This document shows, piece after piece, positions 53,997 to 64,000 of a stretch of DNA of 64,000 bases; position 1 is the stretch's first letter; every line of letters begins with the position of its first letter. Location: positions 12,791-76,790 of the forward strand of contig CAVCMG010000012.1 in NCBI GenBank assembly GCA_963603285.1. Reading direction: 5' to 3'. Position numbers and translations under genes: made by a program. Under the pieces are notes generated by a model. It was not told the DNA's origin and did no database searches. It saw only the letters and a list, made by a program, of their open reading frames with translations. This DNA is from Ruminococcus bromii. Its GTDB lineage: Bacteria > Bacillota > Clostridia > Lachnospirales > Lachnospiraceae.

Positions 53997-55037
53997 GTGA
54001 TAGAGGTAAAACATCTCGTAAAAAAATACGGAGATCACACCGCAGTGGATGATCTTTCTTTTACCCTGGAAAGTGGGAAAATTTATGGCTTTCTCGGACC
54101 GAATGGTGCGGGCAAGTCTACGACAATGAATATGATGACGGGGTATATCGCTTCTACATCGGGCGAGATACTGATCAATGGACACGATATTTTAAAGGAG
54201 CCAGAGGAGGCTAAGAAGTGCATCGGCTATCTGCCGGAGATCCCGCCGCTGTACATTGATATGACGGTCTGGGAATATCTGGTGACCGTAGCGGATCTGA
54301 AAAAAGTGCCAAAGACGGAGCGCAACGCCATGCTGGCCCAGATCATGGAGACGGTACAGATCACCGATATGAAAAAGCGTCTGATCAAAAACCTGTCCAA
54401 GGGTTACCGCCAGCGTGTCGGTATCGCGCAGGCGCTGATCGGCTATCCGGAGATCATCATTCTCGATGAGCCGACGGTAGGTCTCGATCCCAAGCAGATC
54501 ATCGAGATCCGGGATCTAGTGAAGTCTCTGGGTGAAAAGCATACCGTTATTTTGAGCTCTCATATCCTGACAGAGATCAGTGCCGTCTGCGATTATGTGC
54601 TGATCATCAACAAAGGTCATCTGGTGGCTTCCGATGCGACAGAAAACTTAAGTAAGATGTTTGCCGGACAGAACAGGATGGAGCTTCTGGTGGATGCTGG
54701 TGGCGAGACTGTGGATAACATTCTGAATGGCGTAGCTTCTGTGGAAAGTGTGCATCTGACAGCCACGCCGGAGGGCTGTACCCGGGCAGAGATCCAGGTG
54801 CAGGGGGATGCGGATATCCGCCGCGAGCTGTTCTTTGCCTTTGCCGATGCCAGAGTGCCGATCCTGGAAATGAAGAATGCCAGTGTGACGCTGGAGGATA
54901 TCTTCCTTGAAGTGACAAAGACAGATGCCGGGCAGCAGAGCGTTGACGTAGCAGATCCGCAGGAAGAATCTGCAGGAGAAAATACAGTGGACAGCAGAAA
55001 AGAAAAATCTGCCACCGGAGAGGAGGAGAGATCATGA
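53997..55037 (+). CDS. ABC-2-type transporter ATP-binding protein (GldA-like)
   Basis: GPNGAGKST, LSKGYRQR, IIILDEPT. GTG start. Confidence 0.85.
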   Translation: MIEVKHLVKKYGDHTAVDDLSFTLESGKIYGFLGPNGAGKSTTMNMMTGYIASTSGEILINGHDILKEPEEAKKCIGYLPEIPPLYIDMTVWEYLVTVADLKKVPKTERNAMLAQIMETVQITDMKKRLIKNLSKGYRQRVGIAQALIGYPEIIILDEPTVGLDPKQIIEIRDLVKSLGEKHTVILSSHILTEISAVCDYVLIINKGHLVASDATENLSKMFAGQNRMELLVDAGGETVDNILNGVASVESVHLTATPEGCTRAEIQVQGDADIRRELFFAFADARVPILEMKNASVTLEDIFLEVTKTDAGQQSVDVADPQEESAGENTVDSRKEKSATGEEERS

Positions 55038-55897
55038 CAGCCGTATATCGAAAAGAACTGCGCAGTTACCTGACGTCGATGATCGGGTATGTGTTTATTG
55101 CTTTTATCCTTGTGGCTGTAGGTATCTATTTTGCCTATCAGAATCTGAATCTTGGTTCGCCGCGGTTTGAACTTGTCCTGGACAATGTACAGTTTATCTT
55201 TCTGGTCTTTGTACCGATCCTGACAATGCGTGTACTGGCCGATGAAAAGAAGCAGCGTACCGATCAGCTGCTTTTAACCCTGCCCCTGTCCGTGTGGGAT
55301 ATCGTGATCGGTAAATTTCTTGCACTGGTGACGTTATATGCCGTGCCGGTGGTGATCATCTGCTTTTATCCGCTGCTTTTGTCGAGCTTCGGTCCGGTCA
55401 ATATGCCGGCGGCGTATTTTTCCATTCTGGCGTTCTTTCTGCTGGGGTGTGCAGATATTGCAATCGGTGTCTTTCTGTCCTCGCTGACAGAAAATGCGGT
55501 GATCGCTGCGGTTATGACGTTTGGGGCACTGCTGCTGTGCTATCTGATGAGTACGATTTCTACGATGGTTCCCTATACGGCCATCGCTTCCTTTATCGCG
55601 TTTACGGTGCTGGTTGTTTTTCTGGTACTGATCGTGCATCATATGACGAAGGATGCGACGGTGACATGTATCGCAGCTGTGGTACTGGAGGGTATCCTGT
55701 GTGCGGTATATATGCTGAAGCGTCCGCTTCTGGAGGGCGCATTCCAGAAATTCCTCGCGGTATTCTATCTGAATGGCAGATTGCAGAATTTCTTCAGCGG
55801 TATGCTGGATATCGGCGGTATTCTGTATTATCTGTCGGTTATGGCGATCTTTCTGCTTCTGGCAGAACAGACGATCGTAAAGAGACGCTGGAGCTAG
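55034..55897 (+). CDS. ABC-2-type transporter permease (GldF-like)
   Basis: Six-TM protein. Overlaps the upstream gene by 4 nt. Confidence 0.75.
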   Translation: MTAVYRKELRSYLTSMIGYVFIAFILVAVGIYFAYQNLNLGSPRFELVLDNVQFIFLVFVPILTMRVLADEKKQRTDQLLLTLPLSVWDIVIGKFLALVTLYAVPVVIICFYPLLLSSFGPVNMPAAYFSILAFFLLGCADIAIGVFLSSLTENAVIAAVMTFGALLLCYLMSTISTMVPYTAIASFIAFTVLVVFLVLIVHHMTKDATVTCIAAVVLEGILCAVYMLKRPLLEGAFQKFLAVFYLNGRLQNFFSGMLDIGGILYYLSVMAIFLLLAEQTIVKRRWS

Positions 55898-55909
55898 GAG
55901 GAAACAGTT

Positions 55910-57322
55910 ATGGAAAAGAAAAGTCTGAAAAACGGATCCTACAGCATTCTGATCACGGTGATCGTGATCGCTGCGCTGGTGGTCGTGAATCTGATTGTCC
56001 AGACGCTGCCGACGGATCTGACACAGCTGGATTTTTCCAGCAATAAATTATATACGCTGACGGAGACAACGACGGATTTTCTGGATGGTCTTTCCGAGGA
56101 CGTATCCCTGTATTATATCTGTGAAAACGGCGAAGAGGACGATACGACGGTAAAGCTTCTGCACCGTTATGCGGATGCATCCTCCCATGTGACGATGCAG
56201 CAGATCGACCCGGCTTTGTATCCGGGCTTTACCTCCCAGTATACGGACGATAAGGTGGAAAACGGCAGTATTATCGTCGTCAGTGGGGAGACAAATAAGA
56301 TCGTGTCGGTAGATGATCTGTATACGGACAGCTACAATGCATCCACGGGGAAATCCGTGCATGTTGCCTATGACGGCGAGGGTCTGGTGACCAGTGCTAT
56401 CGACTATGTGACCAATAAGAATATTCCGGTACTGTATGTGCTGAACGGTAACGGCGAGGCTTCGCTTGACGATGCCTTCCTTGCTGCGATTGATAAAAAC
56501 AATGTCGAAGTGAAAAACTTAAATCTGCTGTCCGAGGATATTCCGGAGGATGCTGCCGCGCTCCTGATCAATGCACCGGAAAAGGATTACTCCGGGGAAC
56601 AGGCGCAGAAGATCATCACATATCTGGAAAACGGCGGCAGTGCGATGATCACTTCGAATTATTCGATCTATCAGATGCCGAACTTTGATTCCATCCTGCA
56701 AAACTACGGTCTTTCCCGCAAGGAGGGCGTGGTATTTGAAGGGGATTCCAGCCATTTTATGACGTATCCGTACTGTCTGATCCCGGATATGCAGTACAAT
56801 CAGATCACCCAGAAGCTGTATAATACGGCGTATCTGCTGCTGCCGATGAGTCAGGCCATCGTACCGATGGATACCTACAGAGATTCGATTTCGATGTATC
56901 CGCTGTTACAGACGTCAACTTCTTCCTATAATAAAGCGGATGTCGTGCATATGACAACCTCGGTCAAAGAAGCAGGAGATGAGGACGGGCCGTTTACGAT
57001 TGGTATGCTGGTGGAAGAGGATACCAACACGGACGATGAGGTAGACACCCGCATCGTATACTACAGTACCGGCTACCTGCTGGACAAGGATTACAACAAT
57101 TCTGTATCCGGCACAAACGCTGAGCTTGTGGGCAGCACCGTCAATTACCTGTGCAACAATGCCGACGCTTCCAGCGCCGTTCCGGTCAAGAACCTGCAGG
57201 TACAATATCTGACGATGACGTCCTTTGCTGCAAATACATGGACTGTGATCTGCGTATTTATTCTGCCGCTTGCCTTTATTGTTGTCGGTGGGGTGATCTG
57301 GTTCAGAAGGAGAAAAGGCTGA
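55910..57322 (+). CDS. GldG-like auxiliary component of the ABC-2 transporter
   Basis: N- and C-terminal TM anchors flank a large extracytoplasmic domain, the typical GldG/ABC_transp_aux architecture and gene order. Confidence 0.7.
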   Translation: MEKKSLKNGSYSILITVIVIAALVVVNLIVQTLPTDLTQLDFSSNKLYTLTETTTDFLDGLSEDVSLYYICENGEEDDTTVKLLHRYADASSHVTMQQIDPALYPGFTSQYTDDKVENGSIIVVSGETNKIVSVDDLYTDSYNASTGKSVHVAYDGEGLVTSAIDYVTNKNIPVLYVLNGNGEASLDDAFLAAIDKNNVEVKNLNLLSEDIPEDAAALLINAPEKDYSGEQAQKIITYLENGGSAMITSNYSIYQMPNFDSILQNYGLSRKEGVVFEGDSSHFMTYPYCLIPDMQYNQITQKLYNTAYLLLPMSQAIVPMDTYRDSISMYPLLQTSTSSYNKADVVHMTTSVKEAGDEDGPFTIGMLVEEDTNTDDEVDTRIVYYSTGYLLDKDYNNSVSGTNAELVGSTVNYLCNNADASSAVPVKNLQVQYLTMTSFAANTWTVICVFILPLAFIVVGGVIWFRRRKG

Positions 57323-58710
57323 TGTCGAAGAAAAATAAGAAAACACTGGTGATCGCTGTTGTGGCGCTGGCTGTGCTTTTGCTGGCATGGCTGGGCGTCA
57401 GCACCGTGACCAGACATATGGAAGAGAAAAAAGAAAACGAAGCAGCCGATCAGGCAGCATCGCAGGTAATCCTGTCGCTGGCAGAGAGCGATATCGCCTC
57501 GATTTCCTATCCGGGAGATGAGGGCGAAATCCGGCTGGAGCAAAAGGACGGTCAGTGGACAAATGCCGAAGACGGTTACGTCCTGACTGGTAGCCGTATG
57601 AAGCTTCTGACCGATGATCTGGCGGCTTTGACTGCCGAGCGTGTGATCGAGGATGTAACAGATCTTACCACCTATGGACTGGCAGATTCCGCACGTTCGA
57701 TCGATATCACGATGCAGGACGGCACGCAGTATACCCTGATCTGTGGGGATAAAAACGTCACGACAAACGAGCTGTATGTACAGCTGGCCAGTGATACATC
57801 GAAGGTTTACCTGACAAAGACAGCCCTTGACAGCCATTTTTCCGGCCGTGTGCAGGCGCTGGCAGCCTACGATGCCTTTCCGGAGATCGAACCGTCGACT
57901 ATGCGCGAATTTGATGTACAAAAGGCAGAAAATTCCTACGTGCTGACCATGACCGGCGACGACCAGTGCTCCGTAACCGGTGAGGACGGTGTGACACAGC
58001 TGGCCAACCTGACTGCTCTTGGCAGCGTCCAGCAGAATATCTCCTATATCAGCTGGGTCAGAAATATGGAATATGACTGCAAGGATATGGCCGCCTACGG
58101 TCTCGCCGATCCGCAGTGTACCTTAAAGATTACCTACGGTGATGGCGATGCCAGAAAAGAAACCACCATCTACATCGGTGATCAGGACAGCTACGGCGAT
58201 TACTACGTCCGCATCGATGATTCTACCCAGGTCAGCACCGTGCACGACGAGTATCTCTCCGATATCGTCAACGGACAGGCAACCTCCTTCTGGAGCCTTA
58301 CCTACAGTTTTGTATCCATCAGTGATCTGGACAAACTCACCGTAACTGTAGACGGCACAGAGCATATCCTGCAATATCAGGCAGAGGAAACCACCGAAGA
58401 AGGGCAGGATCTTGGCGAAAGCTGGCTGTTTGATGGAAAAAATGTGGACAAAGAACTGTTTAATAAATTTTATTACGACTGCGTCAGCGTAACAGCCCAG
58501 GAACGTATGGACACCGTACCGACAGATCTCGGGGATGCTGTGATGAAGCTTACTTACACACTTAAAGATGGCAGTACCAAAGAGATCACCTATTATCCCG
58601 GAGACCAGAATTTCTACACCGTTGTATACGAAAACGGCACAAAGGCCGGCAGTACGAATAAGCTATATGTTAATCAGATGTTGGAAGACTTAAAACAACT
58701 GACAGAATAA
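57322..58710 (+). CDS. DUF4340-like membrane-anchored protein
   Basis: Start at the ATG at 57322, overlapping the upstream stop (TGATG). N-terminal TM anchor. This position after gldG-like genes is typical. Confidence 0.6.
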   Translation: MSKKNKKTLVIAVVALAVLLLAWLGVSTVTRHMEEKKENEAADQAASQVILSLAESDIASISYPGDEGEIRLEQKDGQWTNAEDGYVLTGSRMKLLTDDLAALTAERVIEDVTDLTTYGLADSARSIDITMQDGTQYTLICGDKNVTTNELYVQLASDTSKVYLTKTALDSHFSGRVQALAAYDAFPEIEPSTMREFDVQKAENSYVLTMTGDDQCSVTGEDGVTQLANLTALGSVQQNISYISWVRNMEYDCKDMAAYGLADPQCTLKITYGDGDARKETTIYIGDQDSYGDYYVRIDDSTQVSTVHDEYLSDIVNGQATSFWSLTYSFVSISDLDKLTVTVDGTEHILQYQAEETTEEGQDLGESWLFDGKNVDKELFNKFYYDCVSVTAQERMDTVPTDLGDAVMKLTYTLKDGSTKEITYYPGDQNFYTVVYENGTKAGSTNKLYVNQMLEDLKQLTE

Positions 58711-58855
58711 GCAAAGCAGGCAGAGGCCATACCGGTCGCTGCCTGTTTTGACTTCATACCTATTCAGATTTCAGTAGTTGCTTTCTGTTAATAAAAAAGG
58801 TATGATATAGAGTTAGAAAAAGACGAATAAAAAAAGAATTTGGAGGATTTTCGAT

Positions 58856-60079
58856 ATGAAACAGACCACAATGGATCTTCTGGAAAAATATAACCAGACT
58901 CATCTTTTAAAATTTTACGAGCAGCTGTCCCCGGAAAAACAGGACGCCATGGAAGCCCAGCTTGAAAATCTGGACTGGGGCGTATTCGACTGCTTTGGCA
59001 GCGATAATACACCTGCCGGCAAAGGCAAAATCGAACCCATCGGCGCTTTAAGCATTGCCGATATCGAAAAGAAAAAAGCAGACTATGTAAAAACCGGTCT
59101 CGAAGCCATTAAAGCCGGTAAAGTCGGCGCCTTACTGCTGGCCGGTGGTATGGGAACCCGTCTCGGCTGCGACGGCCCGAAAGGCAGCTTCAATATCGGT
59201 GTCACCAAAGAACTGTATATCTTCGAACAGCTCTTCAAAAACACCATGGACGTCGTAAAACAGGCCGATGCCTGGATTCCGTTCTTTATCATGACCAGTG
59301 ACAAAAACCATGAGCAGACCACATCCTTCCTGAAAGAGCACGAATACTTCGGCTACAACCCGGACTACGTCTTCTTCTTCACACAGGATATGGCTCCCTG
59401 CATGGACTATGATAAAAAGCTTCTGATGGAAAGTCCGGAGAAGCTCGCATCCTCCCCGAACGGCAACGGCGGCTGGTTCAGCTCTTTCGCCAATGCCGGA
59501 CTTCTGGCAAAGGCAAAAGAAATGGGCGTAGAATGGCTCAACTGCTTTGCTGTAGATAACGTACTGCAGCGCATCGCAGATCCGTGCTTCGTCGGCGCTG
59601 TTATCGACGAAAACTGCGTCAGCGGTTCCAAGGTTGTCCGCAAAGCCGATCCGGAAGAGCGTGTCGGTGTGCTTTGTCTGGAGGATGGCAAGCCGTCTAT
59701 CGTTGAATATTATGAGATGACCCATGAGATGAACTACGCACAGAACGACAAGGGCGAGTATCTGTACTGCTTCGGTGTTATCCTGAACTACCTGTTCCGT
59801 CTGGATAAGCTTGAAGAGATCGTGGCTAAGAGAATGCCGACCCATGTGGTAGAGAAGAAGATCCCGTATGTCGATGCTGACGGTACAGCCCATGCACCGG
59901 AGAAACCGAACGGTTACAAGTTTGAGACACTGATCCTCGATATGGTTCATATGATGGACAACTGTCTGGCTTATGAGGTGGATCGTGAGAAGGAATTTGC
60001 ACCGGTAAAGAATAAGGAAGGTGTGGATTCCATCGAGACAGCCAGAGAACTGCTGAAAAAGAATGGTGTAGAGCTTTAA
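58856..60079 (+). CDS. UDPGP-family (UAP1-like) UDP-sugar / UDP-N-acetylhexosamine pyrophosphorylase
   Basis: LLLAGGMGTRLGCDGPKG and SPNGNGG motifs. Confidence 0.8.
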   Translation: MKQTTMDLLEKYNQTHLLKFYEQLSPEKQDAMEAQLENLDWGVFDCFGSDNTPAGKGKIEPIGALSIADIEKKKADYVKTGLEAIKAGKVGALLLAGGMGTRLGCDGPKGSFNIGVTKELYIFEQLFKNTMDVVKQADAWIPFFIMTSDKNHEQTTSFLKEHEYFGYNPDYVFFFTQDMAPCMDYDKKLLMESPEKLASSPNGNGGWFSSFANAGLLAKAKEMGVEWLNCFAVDNVLQRIADPCFVGAVIDENCVSGSKVVRKADPEERVGVLCLEDGKPSIVEYYEMTHEMNYAQNDKGEYLYCFGVILNYLFRLDKLEEIVAKRMPTHVVEKKIPYVDADGTAHAPEKPNGYKFETLILDMVHMMDNCLAYEVDREKEFAPVKNKEGVDSIETARELLKKNGVEL

Positions 60080-60187
60080 GTTAAGAAGGATATTTTGGGG
60101 AGAACGAGAGCCTATCGTCCTCCCCAAAAGTTTCTATGGCTTTTTTTATGTGATGATGCTACAATAGGCGATAGCTTTTGAAAAAGG

Positions 60188-61684
60188 ATGAAGCTAAGAA
60201 CAAAAAGTAACAGGAGAAGCTTTATTTTGAACGAAAAGAAACAATCGTCGAGTTCTTTGAATAAAATCGCTTTAAAAGCGGGGATTTTCTATATTTTTGC
60301 CCAGCTGTTTATCCGGGGCATTTCCTTTATCACGACACCGTTATATACGCGACTGCTGACAACCGCGCAGTATGGCCAGATCAAGGTCTATGAATCGTGG
60401 CTTCTGATCGCCGTGCCGGTAATGTCTCTGTGTCTGTGGAAGAGTGTGGACCGGGCGAAATATGATCTGGACGAGCAGGGGTACAATGCCTATGTGTCCT
60501 CGAATCATACCTTATCCTATATATCGATCGCGGTCTGTATGCTGCTCTGCCTGCTCTTTAAGGATCAGGTGGAAGCCTTCTGTAATATGGATGATATCAT
60601 GTTCTATGTGGGCTTTGGCTATGTCTTTGCCTACACGAGCATCCTTTTCATGCAGCGCCGTGAAAAGCAGATGATGCGTTACAAGGCCAGCACGCTGATC
60701 ACGCTGCTGACCGTTGTTCCGGCTACGCTGGTTTCCCTGGTGTGGATGTATATCGGTAAGCAGAATGGACTGCAGAGTGAGTTAGTACATTACCGGGTTA
60801 TCGCCTTTTATGGCGTACATATCCTCGGTGGTATCGTTGTTATCGTCATGCTGACGGTGCAGGGAAAGAAGCTGTTTTCGAAGAAATTCTGGCGTTATGG
60901 CCTTCTGTACAGCCTGCCGCTGATCCCGGAGGCGATCTCTATCCAGATCATGAACCAGGCGGACAAGATCATGGTGCAGAAGATGATCAGCAACGAGGCT
61001 TCTGGTCTGATCGGACTGGGAACGACGGTTTCGTTTATCATCTGGATTCTGGAGGACAGTGTATGGAACGCCTGGCAGCCGTGGCTGTTTGAAAAGATCT
61101 CCCGTAAAGAGACCGGCGATGTCGAGGCTCCGTGGAAGATCCTGATGCATGGCTTTGGCCTGATCTCCTGGTTCCTTGTGATGCTGGCGCCGGAGGCCGT
61201 GCTGATCCTTGGTGGTAAGCGGTATGCGGATGTGATCTGGCTGATCACGCCTATGGTGACCGGTACGCTGTTTCGCTTTTACAGCTACAGCTATACGGCG
61301 ATCCAGAATTATCATAAAAAAACAGGCTATGTTGCCCTGGGAACATTGCTTGCGATGGTCGTTAATGTTATCTTAAATTATATCTGTATCCTGATGTTTG
61401 GCTATCAGGCAGCGGCGTATACCACAGCGGTCAGCTATTTTATGCTGCTTCTCCTGCAGGGCTGGCTGGAATTAAAGATCACCGGACAGCGGATCATCCC
61501 GTTGGGAACGACAGTGCGTATTTCGCTGTTGTATTTTGCACTGAATCTGGTATCCATGGCGGCCTATAAAGTGCCATGGTATGTACGGTATCTGCTGATC
61601 GTGGCCGGTGCACTCTTTGCCGTGAAGAAGGTGCTGCCGCAGTTTATGCAGGTCATGAAAACAACGAAGAAAAAGTCTGCGTAA
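60188..61684 (+). CDS. Wzx-like oligosaccharide flippase (MOP superfamily)
   Basis: ~12-TM protein with a polysaccharide-biosynthesis-protein layout. The start is ambiguous (ATG at 60188 or TTG near 60227). Confidence 0.7.
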   Translation: MKLRTKSNRRSFILNEKKQSSSSLNKIALKAGIFYIFAQLFIRGISFITTPLYTRLLTTAQYGQIKVYESWLLIAVPVMSLCLWKSVDRAKYDLDEQGYNAYVSSNHTLSYISIAVCMLLCLLFKDQVEAFCNMDDIMFYVGFGYVFAYTSILFMQRREKQMMRYKASTLITLLTVVPATLVSLVWMYIGKQNGLQSELVHYRVIAFYGVHILGGIVVIVMLTVQGKKLFSKKFWRYGLLYSLPLIPEAISIQIMNQADKIMVQKMISNEASGLIGLGTTVSFIIWILEDSVWNAWQPWLFEKISRKETGDVEAPWKILMHGFGLISWFLVMLAPEAVLILGGKRYADVIWLITPMVTGTLFRFYSYSYTAIQNYHKKTGYVALGTLLAMVVNVILNYICILMFGYQAAAYTTAVSYFMLLLLQGWLELKITGQRIIPLGTTVRISLLYFALNLVSMAAYKVPWYVRYLLIVAGALFAVKKVLPQFMQVMKTTKKKSA

Positions 61685-61705
61685 GTATAAGAAAAGGAGA
61701 GAATC

Positions 61706-62995
61706 ATGTTTGACAAACTGCAGAGAAAGCTTGTAAATGTATTCATTTTCTGTGATCTGGCCAAGATGGAGAAAAAGGTTCCCTATGACCAGAAAAAGGT
61801 AGTACCCATGCAGAATAAGCGTGTGCAGAAGCTGGTAAAAAAGGCCTATAAGATTCCTTTTTATAAAGAAAGATTTGATAAAGCAGGTGTTCGTCCGGAG
61901 GATATCCGCACCGGTGATGATCTGGCAAAGTTGCCTCTTCTGACAAAGGATGAGCTTCGGGTATGGATGAAGGAGGAGGAAAATAAGCCAAAATACCGTC
62001 ACTGGTACAAAGACACAACCAGCGGTTCCTCCGGTGTTCCGCTGATGGTACTCTTTTCTCCGAAGGAAAAGGCCTATATGATGGCCAACTGGTTCCGTGT
62101 GATGCTGGTGGCCGGATATAATCCGTTTACCGGCAAGACCATGAGCCGCCGCAGTGCCCACAGTGTGACAGGAGGGAAGGATACCGTTCTGCAGAGAATC
62201 GGCATCCTCCGCCGTGGCTTTGTCAATCAGTATGCACCGGAATCCGAGATGGTAAAGCAGATCAACGCGTATAAGCCGGATTTCCTCTATATGAATAAGA
62301 CCGAATTCATGCGTCTGTGTCTGTACTGCAAGCAGAATAACGTGAAGTTGCATCAGCCGAAATTCTATACACCGACAGGCGAGAAGATCGACGATATCGC
62401 CAGAGCACTGTTTCATGAGATCCTCGGTCCTGGTATTGTGGATTCCTACGGTACGGCCGAAGCCGGTGCGTGCATGGTCAAACGATTCGAAGAGAAGGAA
62501 TATACGATCCATCAGGATTCCTTTGTGGTAAATATTATGGACGATGATGGCCATGTGGCAGATGAAGGAAAGATCGTGGTCACACCGTTATACAAGACGG
62601 ATATTCCGCTGATCAATTATGTAGTCGGTGATAAGGGTACTGCCAGCGTGAAGGATGGCGTCCGGGTGATTTCCGGCGTGCAGGGCCGTATGAACGACTT
62701 CTTCCGCTATAAGACAGGCGAAGTAACCACGTTTTTTGAGATCGCACCGATCATTGCCCACTGTAAGGATGTGCTGCAGATCCGGTTCATCCAGGAAAGC
62801 TATGATAAGATCCATATCCAGTGTGTACATAATGTGCAGGATTCCAATCGTACGAAGGAAGAAGCTCAGAAGGAGCTGGAGACAGCACTGCAGGCGAAAT
62901 TCAAGCATCCCTTCGAGCTGGAATTTGAATGGATGTCGGTTATTCCGCCGGATCCGAATGGCAAGCTGCGAATGATCGTCTGCAATGTGAAATAA
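61706..62995 (+). CDS. CapK / phenylacetate-CoA ligase-family adenylate-forming enzyme
   Basis: DLAKLPLLTKDEL, TSGSSGVPL P-loop-like motif, DSYGTAEAG. AAAGGAGAG RBS. Confidence 0.7.
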   Translation: MFDKLQRKLVNVFIFCDLAKMEKKVPYDQKKVVPMQNKRVQKLVKKAYKIPFYKERFDKAGVRPEDIRTGDDLAKLPLLTKDELRVWMKEEENKPKYRHWYKDTTSGSSGVPLMVLFSPKEKAYMMANWFRVMLVAGYNPFTGKTMSRRSAHSVTGGKDTVLQRIGILRRGFVNQYAPESEMVKQINAYKPDFLYMNKTEFMRLCLYCKQNNVKLHQPKFYTPTGEKIDDIARALFHEILGPGIVDSYGTAEAGACMVKRFEEKEYTIHQDSFVVNIMDDDGHVADEGKIVVTPLYKTDIPLINYVVGDKGTASVKDGVRVISGVQGRMNDFFRYKTGEVTTFFEIAPIIAHCKDVLQIRFIQESYDKIHIQCVHNVQDSNRTKEEAQKELETALQAKFKHPFELEFEWMSVIPPDPNGKLRMIVCNVK

Positions 62996-63120
62996 ATATA
63001 TTACGAAAAGATTAAAAATACTGAACTCGGATAAATAGGACTGGACAAAATAAAAAAATATGCTATCCTTTACATGGTTTATTCTGTCCTTTTATGAAAA
63101 AAGAGAGGAATCTATAGTAT

Positions 63121-64000
63121 ATGAGAAAAAGTGTTATCAGCTATCTGGAAGCTTCTGCCCTGAAATATCCGGATAAGACAGCCTATGTGGACGAGCATAA
63201 CAGCCTGACCTTCGGTGAGCTGAAGGAAGCAGCGCTGGCCATCGGTGCGGGACTGATCCCGCATGTACAGATTGGTGACCCTGTCTGTGTATACATGGAA
63301 AAGAGCGTTGGCTGTATCGAGAGCTTCCTCGGTACGGCATATACCGGTGCATTCTATGTGCCGATCGACTTTGCGATGCCGGAGGCACGTATCCGTCTGA
63401 TCATGGATACGCTGGATGCAAAGATTATTCTGACCAAACGCGGTATTGAGGTTCCGGCAGGTCTTACCGGGGGATGTACAATCCTCTGTATTGAGGATCT
63501 GAAAGAAAATGTGGATCCGGCTTCCCTTGCCGAGATCGCTGTCCGTCAGCGAAAGACCATCGACACTAATCCAATCTATGCAATCTTTACTTCCGGTTCC
63601 ACCGGTGTACCAAAGGGTGTGCTGGTCAGCCATCAGTCTGTGATCAACTTTACCGAATGGTGGTGTGAGACGTTTGAATTTACCGACGAAGAGGTATTTG
63701 CGAACCAGACGCCGTTTTATTTTGATGCTTCTGTCAAGGATATCTATGCCACACTGCGCTGCGGTGCGACGATGTACATCGTTCCCCAGAAGCTGTTTTC
63801 CCTTCCGGCCAAGCTGGTAGAATTCTTAAACGAGCATAAGGTTAACTGTATCGACTGGGTACCGAGCGTACTCTGCATGATCGTGAATTTCCGTACCTTC
63901 CAGAAGGTGAAACCGCTGTATTTAAAGAAGGTCATGTTCCTCGGTGAGGTTATGCCGACAAAGCAGTTTAATATGTGGCGTAAGGAGCTGCCGGATATCA
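63121..64000 (+). CDS. Amino-acid adenylation enzyme (DltA-like / NRPS A-domain), partial at the window end
   Basis: Open frame from the ATG at 63121 to the window edge, so not in the ORF track. A3 motif FTSGSTGVPKGV, FYFDASVKD. AGAGAGGA RBS. Confidence 0.75.
   Translation, partial: MRKSVISYLEASALKYPDKTAYVDEHNSLTFGELKEAALAIGAGLIPHVQIGDPVCVYMEKSVGCIESFLGTAYTGAFYVPIDFAMPEARIRLIMDTLDAKIILTKRGIEVPAGLTGGCTILCIEDLKENVDPASLAEIAVRQRKTIDTNPIYAIFTSGSTGVPKGVLVSHQSVINFTEWWCETFEFTDEEVFANQTPFYFDASVKDIYATLRCGATMYIVPQKLFSLPAKLVEFLNEHKVNCIDWVPSVLCMIVNFRTFQKVKPLYLKKVMFLGEVMPTKQFNMWRKELPDI

Noticed and set aside
1-64000. Looked for CRISPR arrays, rRNA genes, integrases/recombinases, restriction-modification genes, toxin-antitoxin pairs and known defence-system signatures.
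   Set aside because: None was seen by reading the ORF translations and intergenic regions. Only one tRNA gene and one transposase remnant are present.

Overview
This 64-kb segment looks like chromosome from a Gram-positive anaerobe. A Clostridia/Lachnospiraceae-like origin is an inference from a T-box leader, an [FeFe]-hydrogenase, AGGAGG-type ribosome-binding sites (RBS) and Rho-independent terminators. Most of it is ordinary, densely coded housekeeping and transport DNA:
- rpsB-tsf, trpS, tRNA-Leu, two rRNA methyltransferases and mgtE.
- A ClC channel, an MscS channel and a heterodimeric ABC exporter pair.
- A GltD-like oxidoreductase translationally coupled to a HydA-type hydrogenase.
- A deoxy-sugar (rhamnose/fucose-like) utilisation locus with a CUT2-type ABC importer.
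- A GldA/F/G-like ABC-2 cluster, two c-di-GMP enzymes, and envelope-glycopolymer genes (MBOAT/DHHW, UDP-sugar pyrophosphorylase, flippase, CapK-like and DltA-like adenylating enzymes).

I found no CRISPR array, rRNA gene, intact mobile element or recognisable defence system. The unusual signals, most interesting first:
1. A ~50-nt palindrome-containing element occurs four times, always in the same polarity next to an unrelated terminator hairpin.
2. A well-formed T-box leader, probably with an Ile AUC specifier, sits in front of a BASS-family transporter instead of a synthetase or biosynthetic gene.
3. A ~213-nt near-perfect long hairpin with 47-bp arms lies between two convergent genes.
4. 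Two BMC shell-protein genes stand alone with no metabolosome enzymes nearby.
5. A visibly AT-rich, decayed island at about 21.55-24.0 kb carries gene fragments plus an intact phage/ICE-type JAB-motif gene.
6. Two regulators (PucR-type and LuxR-type) appear frameshifted.

Functions are assigned by reading motifs in the supplied translations. No database search was possible.
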